This document shows, in pieces, positions 1-9,138 of a DNA stretch of 64,000 nt. The notes beneath the pieces are model-generated. The model ran no database searches and had not been told where the DNA came from. It saw only the letters and a list, made by a program, of their open reading frames with translations. Origin of the DNA: a virus; the UHGV virus genome UHGV-1372088. One strand, given 5' to 3'. The translations under genes and the position numbers were made by a program. The number at the start of each line of letters is the position of its first letter. Position 1 is the stretch's first letter.

Positions 1-42
1 ACCAAAAGGGCGTCATATGGCGCCCATATTCAGGGATAGAAA

Positions 43-474
43 ATGAAAAGTGCAAAAGTGAAGTTGCTGGAATCGACCTTTAAGGGATACACCGGTCTGC
101 TTTGTGGCGTTCAGTTCGAAGATGGTGTTTCTGTCGAAGAGCTACCGTTTGTGGATCAGCAGCGTATCTGCGCGTCGATGCGTGCGGAAACCATCGAAGG
201 GCGCAACGTGAGCGCGTCAGGGCAGTTCTCAGAGCGTCACAACGTCTCGCTTGAAGATGTGCTTGCCAACGAGCCCAAAGCGCCCGACGTCGCTCCTATG
301 CAGCGTGGCGTGGTAGAGCCAGAAGTACCAAAGTTCACCCGCGAAGAGCTGGAGTCGCTGGCGGACGAGCAGGGGATCTCCGGTCTGCGTGTAGTCGGTA
401 ACCGCCTGGGCGTTAAAGCGAAGGGTATCGTTGAGATGATCGACGGCATCATGAAAGCACAAGGCGGCGTCTGA
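43..474 (+). CDS. hypothetical phage protein (morphogenesis region)
   Basis: Intact 143-aa ORF, stop overlaps next start (TGATG); position upstream of connector/tail genes; no recognisable motif. Confidence 0.45.
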   Translation: MKSAKVKLLESTFKGYTGLLCGVQFEDGVSVEELPFVDQQRICASMRAETIEGRNVSASGQFSERHNVSLEDVLANEPKAPDVAPMQRGVVEPEVPKFTREELESLADEQGISGLRVVGNRLGVKAKGIVEMIDGIMKAQGGV

Positions 475-1304
475 TGGCTATGTTAGGGGCGTTCGAAAGC
501 AACCAGACGGTCAATATGACCTTCTCTGTCGATATGCTGACGGTCGATACTCTGACCTACTCAGTGTTTGATAACGCAGGAAACACCTTGTTATCTGAAC
601 AACCCGCCACGCTGGATTCTGATTACTCGGTTCAGGTGGCGATCCCGGCGGAAGTGAATCAAATCGGGGATGCGGACCGGGCATTACGTCGCGTGAAACT
701 GAAGGCCACCACCGGAACCACTACGGTCGAGTTCGAAAATGTTTACGTCCTGTTGAACAACTTTGAACTGGCCGTTTTTGAGCAGTCCTTTGCCACGCTC
801 GATGACGCGGCAATGTACGCTATCGATATGGTTAAAGGTGATGTGATCCTGAATATGAGCCGGGTCCAGCTGCGTCGTTTGCTGATTGAAGCGACCGTCA
901 GGCTGAAGCAGATGCCTTTCTCCATCCGCCGCATCTTTGGCGTCGATTACGACGACTACGACCGACCGATGAACATGCTGAATGTTCATAACGTCTATTG
1001 GGGTCAGGAGGGCCAGTATCGTATGGACCTGATTGACTGGAGCAAAATGTCACCAGAGCTGTATGCAGGATTGCCGGATGATTTCAAGAAGACGTTGCTG
1101 GTGGCTACAGTCAACGAGGTTGCCGAGATTGCTTCAACCACCGATTCACAGTCCGCTCGTGATGAGGGCATCGTATCCGAGTCCATTGGGGAAACGACCA
1201 TTGCTTATCGTCAGGGTAAGGCAGCGAATCTTACCGTCAATCGCACAACGTGGCGGCTGCTGGTGAAGTATCTCAATAACCGAACAGTTGTTCGTCGCTC
1301 GTAA
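474..1304 (+). CDS. hypothetical structural protein (head/neck region)
   Basis: 276-aa ORF immediately upstream of head-tail connector-like genes; function not recognisable from sequence. Confidence 0.45.
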   Translation: MAMLGAFESNQTVNMTFSVDMLTVDTLTYSVFDNAGNTLLSEQPATLDSDYSVQVAIPAEVNQIGDADRALRRVKLKATTGTTTVEFENVYVLLNNFELAVFEQSFATLDDAAMYAIDMVKGDVILNMSRVQLRRLLIEATVRLKQMPFSIRRIFGVDYDDYDRPMNMLNVHNVYWGQEGQYRMDLIDWSKMSPELYAGLPDDFKKTLLVATVNEVAEIASTTDSQSARDEGIVSESIGETTIAYRQGKAANLTVNRTTWRLLVKYLNNRTVVRRS

Positions 1305-1329
1305 TCGCAGGGAGGCGCAGGGAGGCGCA

Positions 1330-1677
1330 ATGAACGTAGCGTGGCAGTTGGAAGGCTCTCTTTACCGAAAGAGCAAAGAGCTGGATGTGTACGGGGAGTC
1401 GCAGTTGAGGTTTGTCGGCCGCATAAAGTTGGGCATGGTTCGTTTCGCCGATTCGGTCGAGAAGTCATCCGTCCGCGCGGATAGTTCGGCCAGCCGTGGA
1501 AAGGCGGAGCAGGAAGAGTTTGATGCGGTAATGGTCACGCCGCTCGAATCGAAGGTTCAGCAGGGCGACATTATGCTGGTGGATGGCGTGAAGCTGCGCG
1601 TCGACATGATCCACAAGCGATTCGGGTTACGAGGGAGGCCGGGTCATCTCGAAGTGGGAGCGTCAATATGGGTTTAG
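1330..1677 (+). CDS. head-tail adaptor-like protein
   Basis: 115-aa ORF from ATG 1330 preceded by tandemly duplicated GGAGG RBS; size and position typical of head-tail joining proteins. Confidence 0.4.
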   Translation: MNVAWQLEGSLYRKSKELDVYGESQLRFVGRIKLGMVRFADSVEKSSVRADSSASRGKAEQEEFDAVMVTPLESKVQQGDIMLVDGVKLRVDMIHKRFGLRGRPGHLEVGASIWV

Positions 1678-2156
1678 AGTACAACGTAGGCAAGCTGGGC
1701 CGTCTGGCCGATCGCCTGACGAACTCCCAGAAAGCCTACAAGCGAAGCCTGATTAACGACATGACCAAGCTGGCCGTAACCGCGCAGAGGCTCGCAAGAG
1801 CCCTGGCGCCATACGAAACCGGATCGCTGGAGAACAGCATTTACGCGCGGGTTAACCGAAGCGACCTTGCCAGTCTGTCAATCGAGTTGGTTGTGATGAA
1901 AGACAGAGATAGGGTGGGTTCTCTAAATGGCGGCCGCCGGTACACTGGTGATGCAAAGGTCGGCGATTACGCAGAGTACATGGAGTCTGGCCGATACAGT
2001 CTGGGGGCTCGTTCCAGGCTTAAACAGGGTGGGAATGCGCTTAGCAGGAAGGTTGGCCGACGTTTCATGGACAGGACTGCCGAGTTTATCCGAAATGAAA
2101 TGAGGCGGATCATCGCCGACAGCGCACAGAAGGCCGGCTTCGGCCGAAGGAGATAA
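1668..2156 (+). CDS. HK97 gp10-like head-tail connector/tail component
   Basis: 162 aa; segment LAVTAQRLARALAPYETGSLENSIY resembles gp10-family motif; overlaps neighbours by a few nt (operon coupling). Confidence 0.45.
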   Translation: MGLEYNVGKLGRLADRLTNSQKAYKRSLINDMTKLAVTAQRLARALAPYETGSLENSIYARVNRSDLASLSIELVVMKDRDRVGSLNGGRRYTGDAKVGDYAEYMESGRYSLGARSRLKQGGNALSRKVGRRFMDRTAEFIRNEMRRIIADSAQKAGFGRRR

Positions 2157-2157
2157 C

Positions 2158-2532
2158 GTGATCATAGAACAGTTCGCGACATTGCTGGAAAAGAAGGGTG
2201 TTGGCAAGGTGGGAAAGACCATCTTCGCTAATGCGATGGGGGCGGAGGTAAAGTCTGGCGTCATGGTGGTGACTACAGGCATTGAGATTGATGGGGATCT
2301 GCACGACTTCTATCAGGACAATATGATTGTGGTAGTCCGGGACGCCAGTATCGGCGCTGCAATGAAGCGAGCTGACCTGATTATGGCCGCTTTGCCGATG
2401 TGGGATGAGGAAGAGGCCGGTGTTCGTTTTCGTTACGTCAGGCCGCTGAATTTGCCGACTTTATTCCCAAGGAACGATGCATCTCTGTTTGAGGTGGGAA
2501 TTTCCGTTGAGTTTGCCGCCCATTTGTTGTAA
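2158..2532 (+). CDS. tail completion/terminator-like protein
   Basis: 124-aa ORF with GTG start overlapping previous stop (TAACGTG); last gene before major tail protein as in lambda Z/U position. Confidence 0.4.
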   Translation: MIIEQFATLLEKKGVGKVGKTIFANAMGAEVKSGVMVVTTGIEIDGDLHDFYQDNMIVVVRDASIGAAMKRADLIMAALPMWDEEEAGVRFRYVRPLNLPTLFPRNDASLFEVGISVEFAAHLL

Positions 2533-2610
2533 TGGTTTTATAAGTATGTGTATACTTACCGTGCTTTAGATTAAGCACCCACAATTAAAGGTAAAAGGAG
2601 TTTACCGACA

Positions 2611-3102
2611 ATGGCTAATACCCATGTAAAGAATATCAAGTTAGGCGCCTGTGCTGTTTCTTTCGGCGGCACCGATCTTGGCTACACCAAAGGCGGTGTT
2701 GAGGTAGAGATTTCCACCGAGACGCTGAAAGTCACCGTCGACCAGCAGGGCCAGACCACTCTGTCCGAGCTGGTTCAGGGTCGTAACGTCAAAGTTACCG
2801 TTCCGCTGGCCGAAAGCGTTCTGGAGAACATCGTCAACCTGATGCCTGGCTCTACCATTAGCACGGATAAGAAATCCATCTCCATCACCACCGCTCAGAG
2901 CGTGAATCTGATCGACGTGGCGCAGCAGCTGGTTCTTACCCCGCAGGATGGCACCGACTTCATTCTGACCCTGCCGAAAGCGGCCACCGCCGGCAACTTC
3001 ACTATGGCGTATAAGTTCGATGACGTCCGCGTGTTCTCTGTCGAGTTCAATGCGTACCCGGATGACGCTGGTGTTTTGGGTAGCCTCACCAGCCCAAAGT
3101 AA
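2611..3102 (+). CDS. major tail protein (short form)
   Basis: 163-aa ORF after promoter-like motif and strong RBS (AAAGGAG); precedes chaperone pair and tape measure; ends TAA directly after slippery heptamer. Confidence 0.7.
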   Translation: MANTHVKNIKLGACAVSFGGTDLGYTKGGVEVEISTETLKVTVDQQGQTTLSELVQGRNVKVTVPLAESVLENIVNLMPGSTISTDKKSISITTAQSVNLIDVAQQLVLTPQDGTDFILTLPKAATAGNFTMAYKFDDVRVFSVEFNAYPDDAGVLGSLTSPK

Positions 3103-3356
3103 GTGTGACGGGTGTGACTGTGGCGCCGGCAACTGCGTCGGTCAGGGTCGGTGCAACGACCACGCTGGCCAAAACAGTTTCCCCGTCTAACGCTGACGAT
3201 CAAACCGGCACCTGGACATCCAGTAACCCTGCCATCGCAACCGTTGATACCAAGGGCGTTGTGAGAGGGGTTGCCGCCGGTAATGCAACGGTGACGTTTG
3301 TTACGAAAGATGGTGGCTTCTCTGCCAAGTCTACCGTGACTGTGACGGCATCTTAA
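3093..3356 (+). CDS. Ig-like (Big_2) domain extension of major tail protein reached by -1 programmed frameshift
   Basis: -1 frame opens at 3084; canonical X_XXY_YYZ heptamer C_CCA_AAG at 3093-3099 in correct register, followed immediately by 0-frame TAA; downstream 83 aa (VTVAPATASVRV...TVTVTAS) is a bacterial Ig-like group 2 fold signature. Confidence 0.6.
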   Translation, partial: PKVSVTGVTVAPATASVRVGATTTLAKTVSPSNADDQTGTWTSSNPAIATVDTKGVVRGVAAGNATVTFVTKDGGFSAKSTVTVTAS

Positions 3357-3364
3357 TCAAATCA

Positions 3365-3388
3365 AGGCCCAGAAATGGGCCTCTTTAA
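3365..3388 (+). terminator. rho-independent terminator after major tail protein gene
   Basis: GC hairpin AGGCCCAGAAATGGGCCT followed by CTTTAA. Confidence 0.6.
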
Positions 3389-3400
3389 CGAGATAAAAGT

Positions 3401-3718
3401 ATGGCTAAGTTACTAAATCTGGACACGCTGGTTCCCGCCGTTAAGCAGGTTCAAATCGGCGGAAAGCAATATCCGATTGTAGAGATGAGTGTAGGTCTGT
3501 TCGCGGAAATTAAGCGCTTCGAAGGTAGCGAAATTGAATCCATGAGCATTGCTGATCAGGTTGCTGCGTATGCGGTTCTGGTTCAGAAGCTGATTCCCTC
3601 TCTGCCGCAGAATGTGTTGGACGATCTCTCCGTTATCAACCTTCAGCAAATTTTCACCTTCGCACTGAACGTTGCGGATGAAACGAACGAAGCCGCCGCT
3701 GGCGACGAAGTAAAGTAG
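3401..3718 (+). CDS. tail assembly chaperone (lambda G-like)
   Basis: 105-aa acidic protein between major tail protein and tape measure; conserved synteny. Confidence 0.6.
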   Translation: MAKLLNLDTLVPAVKQVQIGGKQYPIVEMSVGLFAEIKRFEGSEIESMSIADQVAAYAVLVQKLIPSLPQNVLDDLSVINLQQIFTFALNVADETNEAAAGDEVK

Positions 3719-4068
3719 AAACCCGCGATGAATCCGATGAGGTGGTTTTGTCCATCGACTTCGGGTTCTATTTCAGTCGTGTAGCTGCTTATTACTCCTT
3801 GCCACCGAAACAACTACTGGAAATACCGCTTGAGACATTCTGGATGATGAGTCGAAACATCGAACGAATCCAGTCAGAGCGCGACTTGAGAGATTTTCAG
3901 GTCGCCAGGGTCGCTCAGGCCGGTGTTGAAGATGCTAAGGCGTTCATGGAGGGTTTGCAGCTAAGGATTGGAAGACCTGTCATCACTGATAGGGTGTACA
4001 ACCCAGAACGAGTCAAAGCAGACCCTGACGCCAAAGCGCAATTAATGGCAGTCTTTGGAAAAGGATAG
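3682..4068 (+). CDS. tail assembly chaperone frameshift extension (lambda GT-like)
   Basis: ORF in -1 frame relative to 3401..3718, open from 3682 and overlapping the last 34 nt of the upstream gene; the canonical arrangement upstream of tape measure genes. Confidence 0.5.
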   Translation, partial: NERSRRWRRSKVETRDESDEVVLSIDFGFYFSRVAAYYSLPPKQLLEIPLETFWMMSRNIERIQSERDLRDFQVARVAQAGVEDAKAFMEGLQLRIGRPVITDRVYNPERVKADPDAKAQLMAVFGKG

Positions 4069-4071
4069 GGA

Positions 4072-7000
4072 ATGTCCGACAATATCGTAGATTTTAAGCT
4101 GATCCTCAATGATAAGGAGTTCGAGGTATCAGCTAAAAATGCCGGGAAGTTACTCAAACAGCTGAGTGTGGATGCGGGTTTAGCGTCCAAGAAAATCTCC
4201 AACCTTGATGTTTCTGTCAACTCTCTGACGCGAAACATCAAAATCTTCACCGTAGCAGTGGGTAAAGCGGCCTCGGAACTCCAGGATTTGGGAGTCGGGG
4301 CCGAACTCGCTGGCAATGCGCTTCGTGATATTCGTACTCACATTGCCGCAATCAGTCGCAGCTTAACAGTATTCAACGACCGCGTTGGCAAAACCACAAC
4401 CGCACTGAAAGGTATGGCGAGTGAGCTGCGCAAGGTTCAGTCTGAACTTTCCGACTTCAGTGATTATGCCAACCACGCAGGCAAGTCTACGCGCGACCTG
4501 ACCGCGAACGTAGACGATCTCAATAAGAAAGCCTCCACCACAAATCGTCGCTTAAACAATACGACAAAGGCACTGGCCGGCTGGAAGGACTCTGGTGACA
4601 AGGCGAAGGACGCGCTGAAAGAAATCATCAGCCAGATGGATACGCTCATTGACCGTCAGAAAGAGCTGAAGGGTTTGGGACGTGCTGATGTTGGCGGGCC
4701 AGGTCGCGGCGGTAGTGGCGGTAGTGGCGGTCGTGGCGGTAGTGGCGGCGGTCGCCACCATAGCAGTTCTTTTGGCGGCGTAAGAGGGACCATCTTTGCT
4801 TTAGGCGAAGTGGGTGATGCAGCCCGAAACGTCAGAGATATGCTGTTTGGCTGGCAAGCGCCCATCATCGAGGCAGCAGCTGAAATGCAGAAGATGCAGA
4901 TGCTTCTGCAAGGTATAAACAAGGATGCAGCCGATCCATTTGCCGCAGCGGCGAAGGATATGGACTACATCATCGCCACCGCTAAAAGTGCGCCTTTTGC
5001 GATTGGCGAGTTGACGGGCTCATTCGTCAAATTCAAGTCGGCAGGATTAGATCCGACGAATGGCTCGTGGAAGACGCTGATCGACTCCGTTGCCCGATTC
5101 GGCGGCAGTAGTGAAACGCTTGACCGCGCAGCCGTCGCTATCCAGCAGATGGCAGGTAAAGGCGTCATCTCGATGGAAGAGCTGCGTCAGCAGCTGGGTG
5201 AGGCTGTTCCTACCGCAATGAAGGCGATGGCGGACGGCATGGGCGTTACTGTAGCCGAGCTTACAAAGCAGATCTCTACCGGCACAGTGAATGCTCAGGA
5301 AGGTTTGCGTCTCATGTTCGTTGGTATGGATGCCATGAACCGTGGCGCCGCGAAGAGCATGATGGTCACCTACATTGGCGCCCTGGCTCAGATGAAGACC
5401 GCCTTCATTCAGTTCTCTAAGACGGTTGGCGATTCCGGCTATCTCGAAGCTATGTCAAAGAGTCTCAACGAGATCACCGCGTTGATGAATAGCACAGATG
5501 GCAGGATGTTTGCCGCGTCTCTGGGCCAAAACCTGGCGACCGCGATCACGTCTCTGACGTCTATGGCCAGGTGGCTTGTCCAGAATCGAGAGCTGATTAT
5601 CAATCTCGGCGCAGCTATTGCGGCGTTCGTAGGCTTCAGGTTGCTTCGCTCTGGGATCTTGGAGGTGATTAGCGTCGGCAGCCAGATGGTGTCTGTGCTC
5701 GGTAAAAGCGTAACCGGATTACAGGCTCCATTTAATCTCCTGTCAGCCTCAGTGACCAGATTTAGTCGAGCGTCAAGGCTTGGACTTGGGACTATCCCAG
5801 CTCTCCTGTTCTCGATCAGGGGTGGTCTGACGGCAGTTAAGGTGGCGTTTGCTTCTCTGTCTGCGTTCATCGTCTCCAACCCGATTGGGGCCGCATTGCT
5901 TGCGATATCGACTGCCGTAGGCGTTATCGTTTGGGCGATGGGGAAGCTGAGAGATAAGACCGCGCAGACCGTAGAAGAGCTCAAGAAGATGCCTGAGGCG
6001 ATGACGCAGATCCAGCGCACTCAGATTCTGCTCGATGTCAAGAAGCGAAACGCGGAGATTGAGCGTGACGAGAATCTTCTTCAGTCAATCAAATCAGGCA
6101 AGCTCTCGGCGGACGCTCTGCCGGCAGACATCGCAACGGGCAGACAGCTGACTGTTAAAGATGTCGAAAACAGAGTTAAAACAAACAAGGCGATAAATGG
6201 CGACTACACTGGCCTGGTCACGAAAAGCGACGAGATAAAGGCCAAGGAGACGGCATCAGGCGTAACTAAGGCGGTGTTCGAAGACATTGAGAAGCGGCTC
6301 AATGTCGGTATGGCTAAATTCGCGGCAGGTCAGATGCGAGAGAATGAGGCCAAAAGGATCGCTTTGGACGCCGACAAATCTCTCTCCAAGGAAGAGAAGG
6401 ATAAGCGCCGGGATGAGATAAACCGCTCAGAGGCAAACGCTCAAGCCGACCTCTACAAGAAGGCCGCTGACGAGATGGAAGCGCGGGTTAAAAGTGTCGC
6501 CACACAGGTTAAAAACTTGGATGAGGCGCTGAGTAAACCTGGCCTGAGTGAAGATCAGAGAAAAATCCTGACCGCTCAAAAGTACGGTTACGCGAGCAAC
6601 TATGAAGAGTCGAAGCAGCAGCTCGACGACATGCGCAACAAGGAAAAAGATACCCGAAACAGTCGCCACGGTATCCCTGACGCCAGCGGCGAATATTCCA
6701 GCGCATCCGGGGCTAAAGCCGATCACCAGGTTTACGTAGCCAGAGTTAAGAACGACTTCAAGAACGGCGCAACGAGCATCATCGGCGAAGATGGCCAGAT
6801 CGCCAAGGATGTTTTGGGTAATGACATCGAGGGCATTAACCAGTTCAGAGCCAACGAGACTATCATCTCCAAATACGGCTCAAACGTAACCGGGGAACAG
6901 CGTAAGAAAGCCGAGGAAGCGTTGACGGCTGCCATTTTGCGAGACACCCAGATCCGCACAAAGGCAGCCGAAACGGCAAGCAAGAAAGAAGAAAGTGCTA

Positions 7001-8697
7001 ACAACAAGGCGCAAAAGGCGGCCGAGCGTAAGCAGAGGGAACTTCAGAAAGAGGCTGATGGCTACAACAAGACGCTGAACTCTTCTGAGCAGATGATCTC
7101 CATGATGGAGACGGGCTCTAAGAGAACCGTTTCGTTTGCCCAGAACGTCGAGAAGACGTCCGTGTCGCTTGAGAAGCTGGCTAACTCTTCCCCTACCGAG
7201 CTCATCACGCAGGAGATGATCGACAAGGCGAAAGAGTATCTGGAGACAATGAAGACGCTGTCTCCTGACTATCTGAAGCGACTGGAGAAGAAGGCCGCCA
7301 AGAAAGATTTGGACGATGTCGCGCCAAATGCAGCCGGTATCATTAGTTCCGGGCTTGATGGTTCGCAATCCAGAGACGAGCAGGTTGAGGCGTTCAGGAC
7401 CAAGTATGACGAAAGTCTGAACGCGCTTGAGAGCCGTCGCAAGCAGTACATGAGTCAGTTGAAAGACGACCCAAGTATGCAGGTTTACGTTGAAGAGTCG
7501 ACCAAGCGGATCAATCAGCTGATTAAATCTGGCAACGTCGCGCTCATCAAAGAAACCGGCACCGCCACGCAGAAGCTGGCGCTGGAGTATGGCGATCTGG
7601 CTACGCAGATTGAAAGCGTTTGGGCGGATACCTTCTCTGGTTTGACCGACACGCTGACCGAGTTCTTCTCGACGGGCAAGGCGAGCTTCAGTGACTTCGC
7701 CTCGTCGATTATGAAGGACATCACCAAAATGATCGTGAAGAGCCAGATCACACTGCCTCTCATGAACATGTTGGGGATGGGCTCGGGACAGACGGCCATG
7801 CAGCAGACGGGCCAAGGCAATCTGATGTCGTCCCTTGCTAACCAGGGCGTCTCTCTGTTTTCTGGCGCAGCAACGAATGGCGGCGGCACCAACGTTGTTA
7901 ATGGCGACGGTAACGTGGCCACCAACAGCAAAACGGCCTCGCAGTCCGTTGGTAAGTTAGGCTCGACAACCGCATCGACGACGGAGGGTGTGAGCTCTCT
8001 TGGGACGGCGGTGGTCGGAGTCGGCGGTGCGTTAAGCAATGTGAGCACGGCGGTAGGTTCCCAGACCAAGGCGATCATGTCGAACATCTTCAGCATGAAG
8101 GGGCTACAGACCGCCTCCAATGCGCTGATGTTCACCTTCGCCGCAATGTCAGCCAGTTCCTCGTCCAAAACGAGCAAGTGGTTGGGCTTCGCGGGTACGG
8201 TAGCTTCTGGGGTCGCCTCGATATATGCCGGTGGTGGATTCAGTGGCGGCGGTTCTGGTGAATCTCCTGGCGGCGGAACGGCGATTCAGAATGCCGGGGC
8301 AAACTATAAATTCGCCAAGGGCGGGATTATGGGGCCGGATGGTGCTCTGCCGCTGCACAAGTATGCCAAGGGCGGGATTGCAACGTCGCCTCAGCTGGCG
8401 CTTTTCGGCGAGGGCTCTCATAACGAGGCATATGTCCCGCTGCCGGACGGCCGGTCCATTCCTGTCACGATGTCCGCCGAAAAGACAGCTGGTCTTGGCG
8501 CTGGTGCTGGTGTGGTGGCCCCTGTTTCCATCTCCATCAACGTTCAGGCTGACGGTGTCTCTTCTGCAAGCGGCGCTGACTCGACCCAGGGGTGGAAGGA
8601 TGCAGCTGAGAAGATGAAGGCGATCGCGCTCGACACCATCCGTCAGGAGAAGCGACCTGGCGGATCGCTTAACGCAAACACTACGGGCAACCGTTAA
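4072..8697 (+). CDS. tail tape measure protein
   Basis: 1541 aa; N-terminal coiled-coil, Gly-rich GGS(GGR) repeat, central hydrophobic segments, long Ala/Gly/Ser C-terminus; lies between chaperones and M/L/K/I/J homologues. Confidence 0.85.
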   Translation: MSDNIVDFKLILNDKEFEVSAKNAGKLLKQLSVDAGLASKKISNLDVSVNSLTRNIKIFTVAVGKAASELQDLGVGAELAGNALRDIRTHIAAISRSLTVFNDRVGKTTTALKGMASELRKVQSELSDFSDYANHAGKSTRDLTANVDDLNKKASTTNRRLNNTTKALAGWKDSGDKAKDALKEIISQMDTLIDRQKELKGLGRADVGGPGRGGSGGSGGRGGSGGGRHHSSSFGGVRGTIFALGEVGDAARNVRDMLFGWQAPIIEAAAEMQKMQMLLQGINKDAADPFAAAAKDMDYIIATAKSAPFAIGELTGSFVKFKSAGLDPTNGSWKTLIDSVARFGGSSETLDRAAVAIQQMAGKGVISMEELRQQLGEAVPTAMKAMADGMGVTVAELTKQISTGTVNAQEGLRLMFVGMDAMNRGAAKSMMVTYIGALAQMKTAFIQFSKTVGDSGYLEAMSKSLNEITALMNSTDGRMFAASLGQNLATAITSLTSMARWLVQNRELIINLGAAIAAFVGFRLLRSGILEVISVGSQMVSVLGKSVTGLQAPFNLLSASVTRFSRASRLGLGTIPALLFSIRGGLTAVKVAFASLSAFIVSNPIGAALLAISTAVGVIVWAMGKLRDKTAQTVEELKKMPEAMTQIQRTQILLDVKKRNAEIERDENLLQSIKSGKLSADALPADIATGRQLTVKDVENRVKTNKAINGDYTGLVTKSDEIKAKETASGVTKAVFEDIEKRLNVGMAKFAAGQMRENEAKRIALDADKSLSKEEKDKRRDEINRSEANAQADLYKKAADEMEARVKSVATQVKNLDEALSKPGLSEDQRKILTAQKYGYASNYEESKQQLDDMRNKEKDTRNSRHGIPDASGEYSSASGAKADHQVYVARVKNDFKNGATSIIGEDGQIAKDVLGNDIEGINQFRANETIISKYGSNVTGEQRKKAEEALTAAILRDTQIRTKAAETASKKEESANNKAQKAAERKQRELQKEADGYNKTLNSSEQMISMMETGSKRTVSFAQNVEKTSVSLEKLANSSPTELITQEMIDKAKEYLETMKTLSPDYLKRLEKKAAKKDLDDVAPNAAGIISSGLDGSQSRDEQVEAFRTKYDESLNALESRRKQYMSQLKDDPSMQVYVEESTKRINQLIKSGNVALIKETGTATQKLALEYGDLATQIESVWADTFSGLTDTLTEFFSTGKASFSDFASSIMKDITKMIVKSQITLPLMNMLGMGSGQTAMQQTGQGNLMSSLANQGVSLFSGAATNGGGTNVVNGDGNVATNSKTASQSVGKLGSTTASTTEGVSSLGTAVVGVGGALSNVSTAVGSQTKAIMSNIFSMKGLQTASNALMFTFAAMSASSSSKTSKWLGFAGTVASGVASIYAGGGFSGGGSGESPGGGTAIQNAGANYKFAKGGIMGPDGALPLHKYAKGGIATSPQLALFGEGSHNEAYVPLPDGRSIPVTMSAEKTAGLGAGAGVVAPVSISINVQADGVSSASGADSTQGWKDAAEKMKAIALDTIRQEKRPGGSLNANTTGNR

Positions 8698-8745
8698 CAA
8701 CCAAAGTGCCGCAGAGATGCGGCACACAACTCAAGGATGAGGAAA

Positions 8746-9081
8746 ATGGCCAGAGAAACATTTGGGTGGAACCCTGATTCGCAATCGAAAAAGACCATAA
8801 AGCCGAACGTGACCGTACTGAAGTTCGGTGACGACTATGAGCAACGCCAGACCATTGGTCTCAACCGCGTGAAGGAAGAGTGGAGCCTGACGTTCCAAAG
8901 GCAGCGATCGGAAGTTGAGAAAATGGACGTTTTCCTGACGAAGAGAGCTGGCGTGGAATCGTTCTACTGGAAGACGCCGCGCAACCAGACAATCATTGTG
9001 GTTTGCGACACCCACGATGTTGAGTACGACAGAGGGGCGGCGAAGTTGACCTGCACATTCAGACAGGTTTTTGAGTCTTGA
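8746..9081 (+). CDS. minor tail protein, lambda M-like
   Basis: FGDDYEQRQTIGLN and SFYWKTP motifs parallel lambda M (FGDGYSQR...GLN, SFLWTP); about 110 aa. Confidence 0.6.
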   Translation: MARETFGWNPDSQSKKTIKPNVTVLKFGDDYEQRQTIGLNRVKEEWSLTFQRQRSEVEKMDVFLTKRAGVESFYWKTPRNQTIIVVCDTHDVEYDRGAAKLTCTFRQVFES

Positions 9082-9138
9082 TATGTATGTGCTTACATAT
9101 TAACATGGATCAAATTAAGGCTTAACTCACGGAAGATT

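Noticed and set aside
6880-7815. 311-aa minus-strand ORF inside the tape measure gene (also 8149..8727 -, 5439..6020 -)
   Set aside because: Entirely antisense to a long, well-supported + strand gene; Arg/Leu/Gly-rich composition typical of antisense frames of GC-rich coding DNA; no RBS
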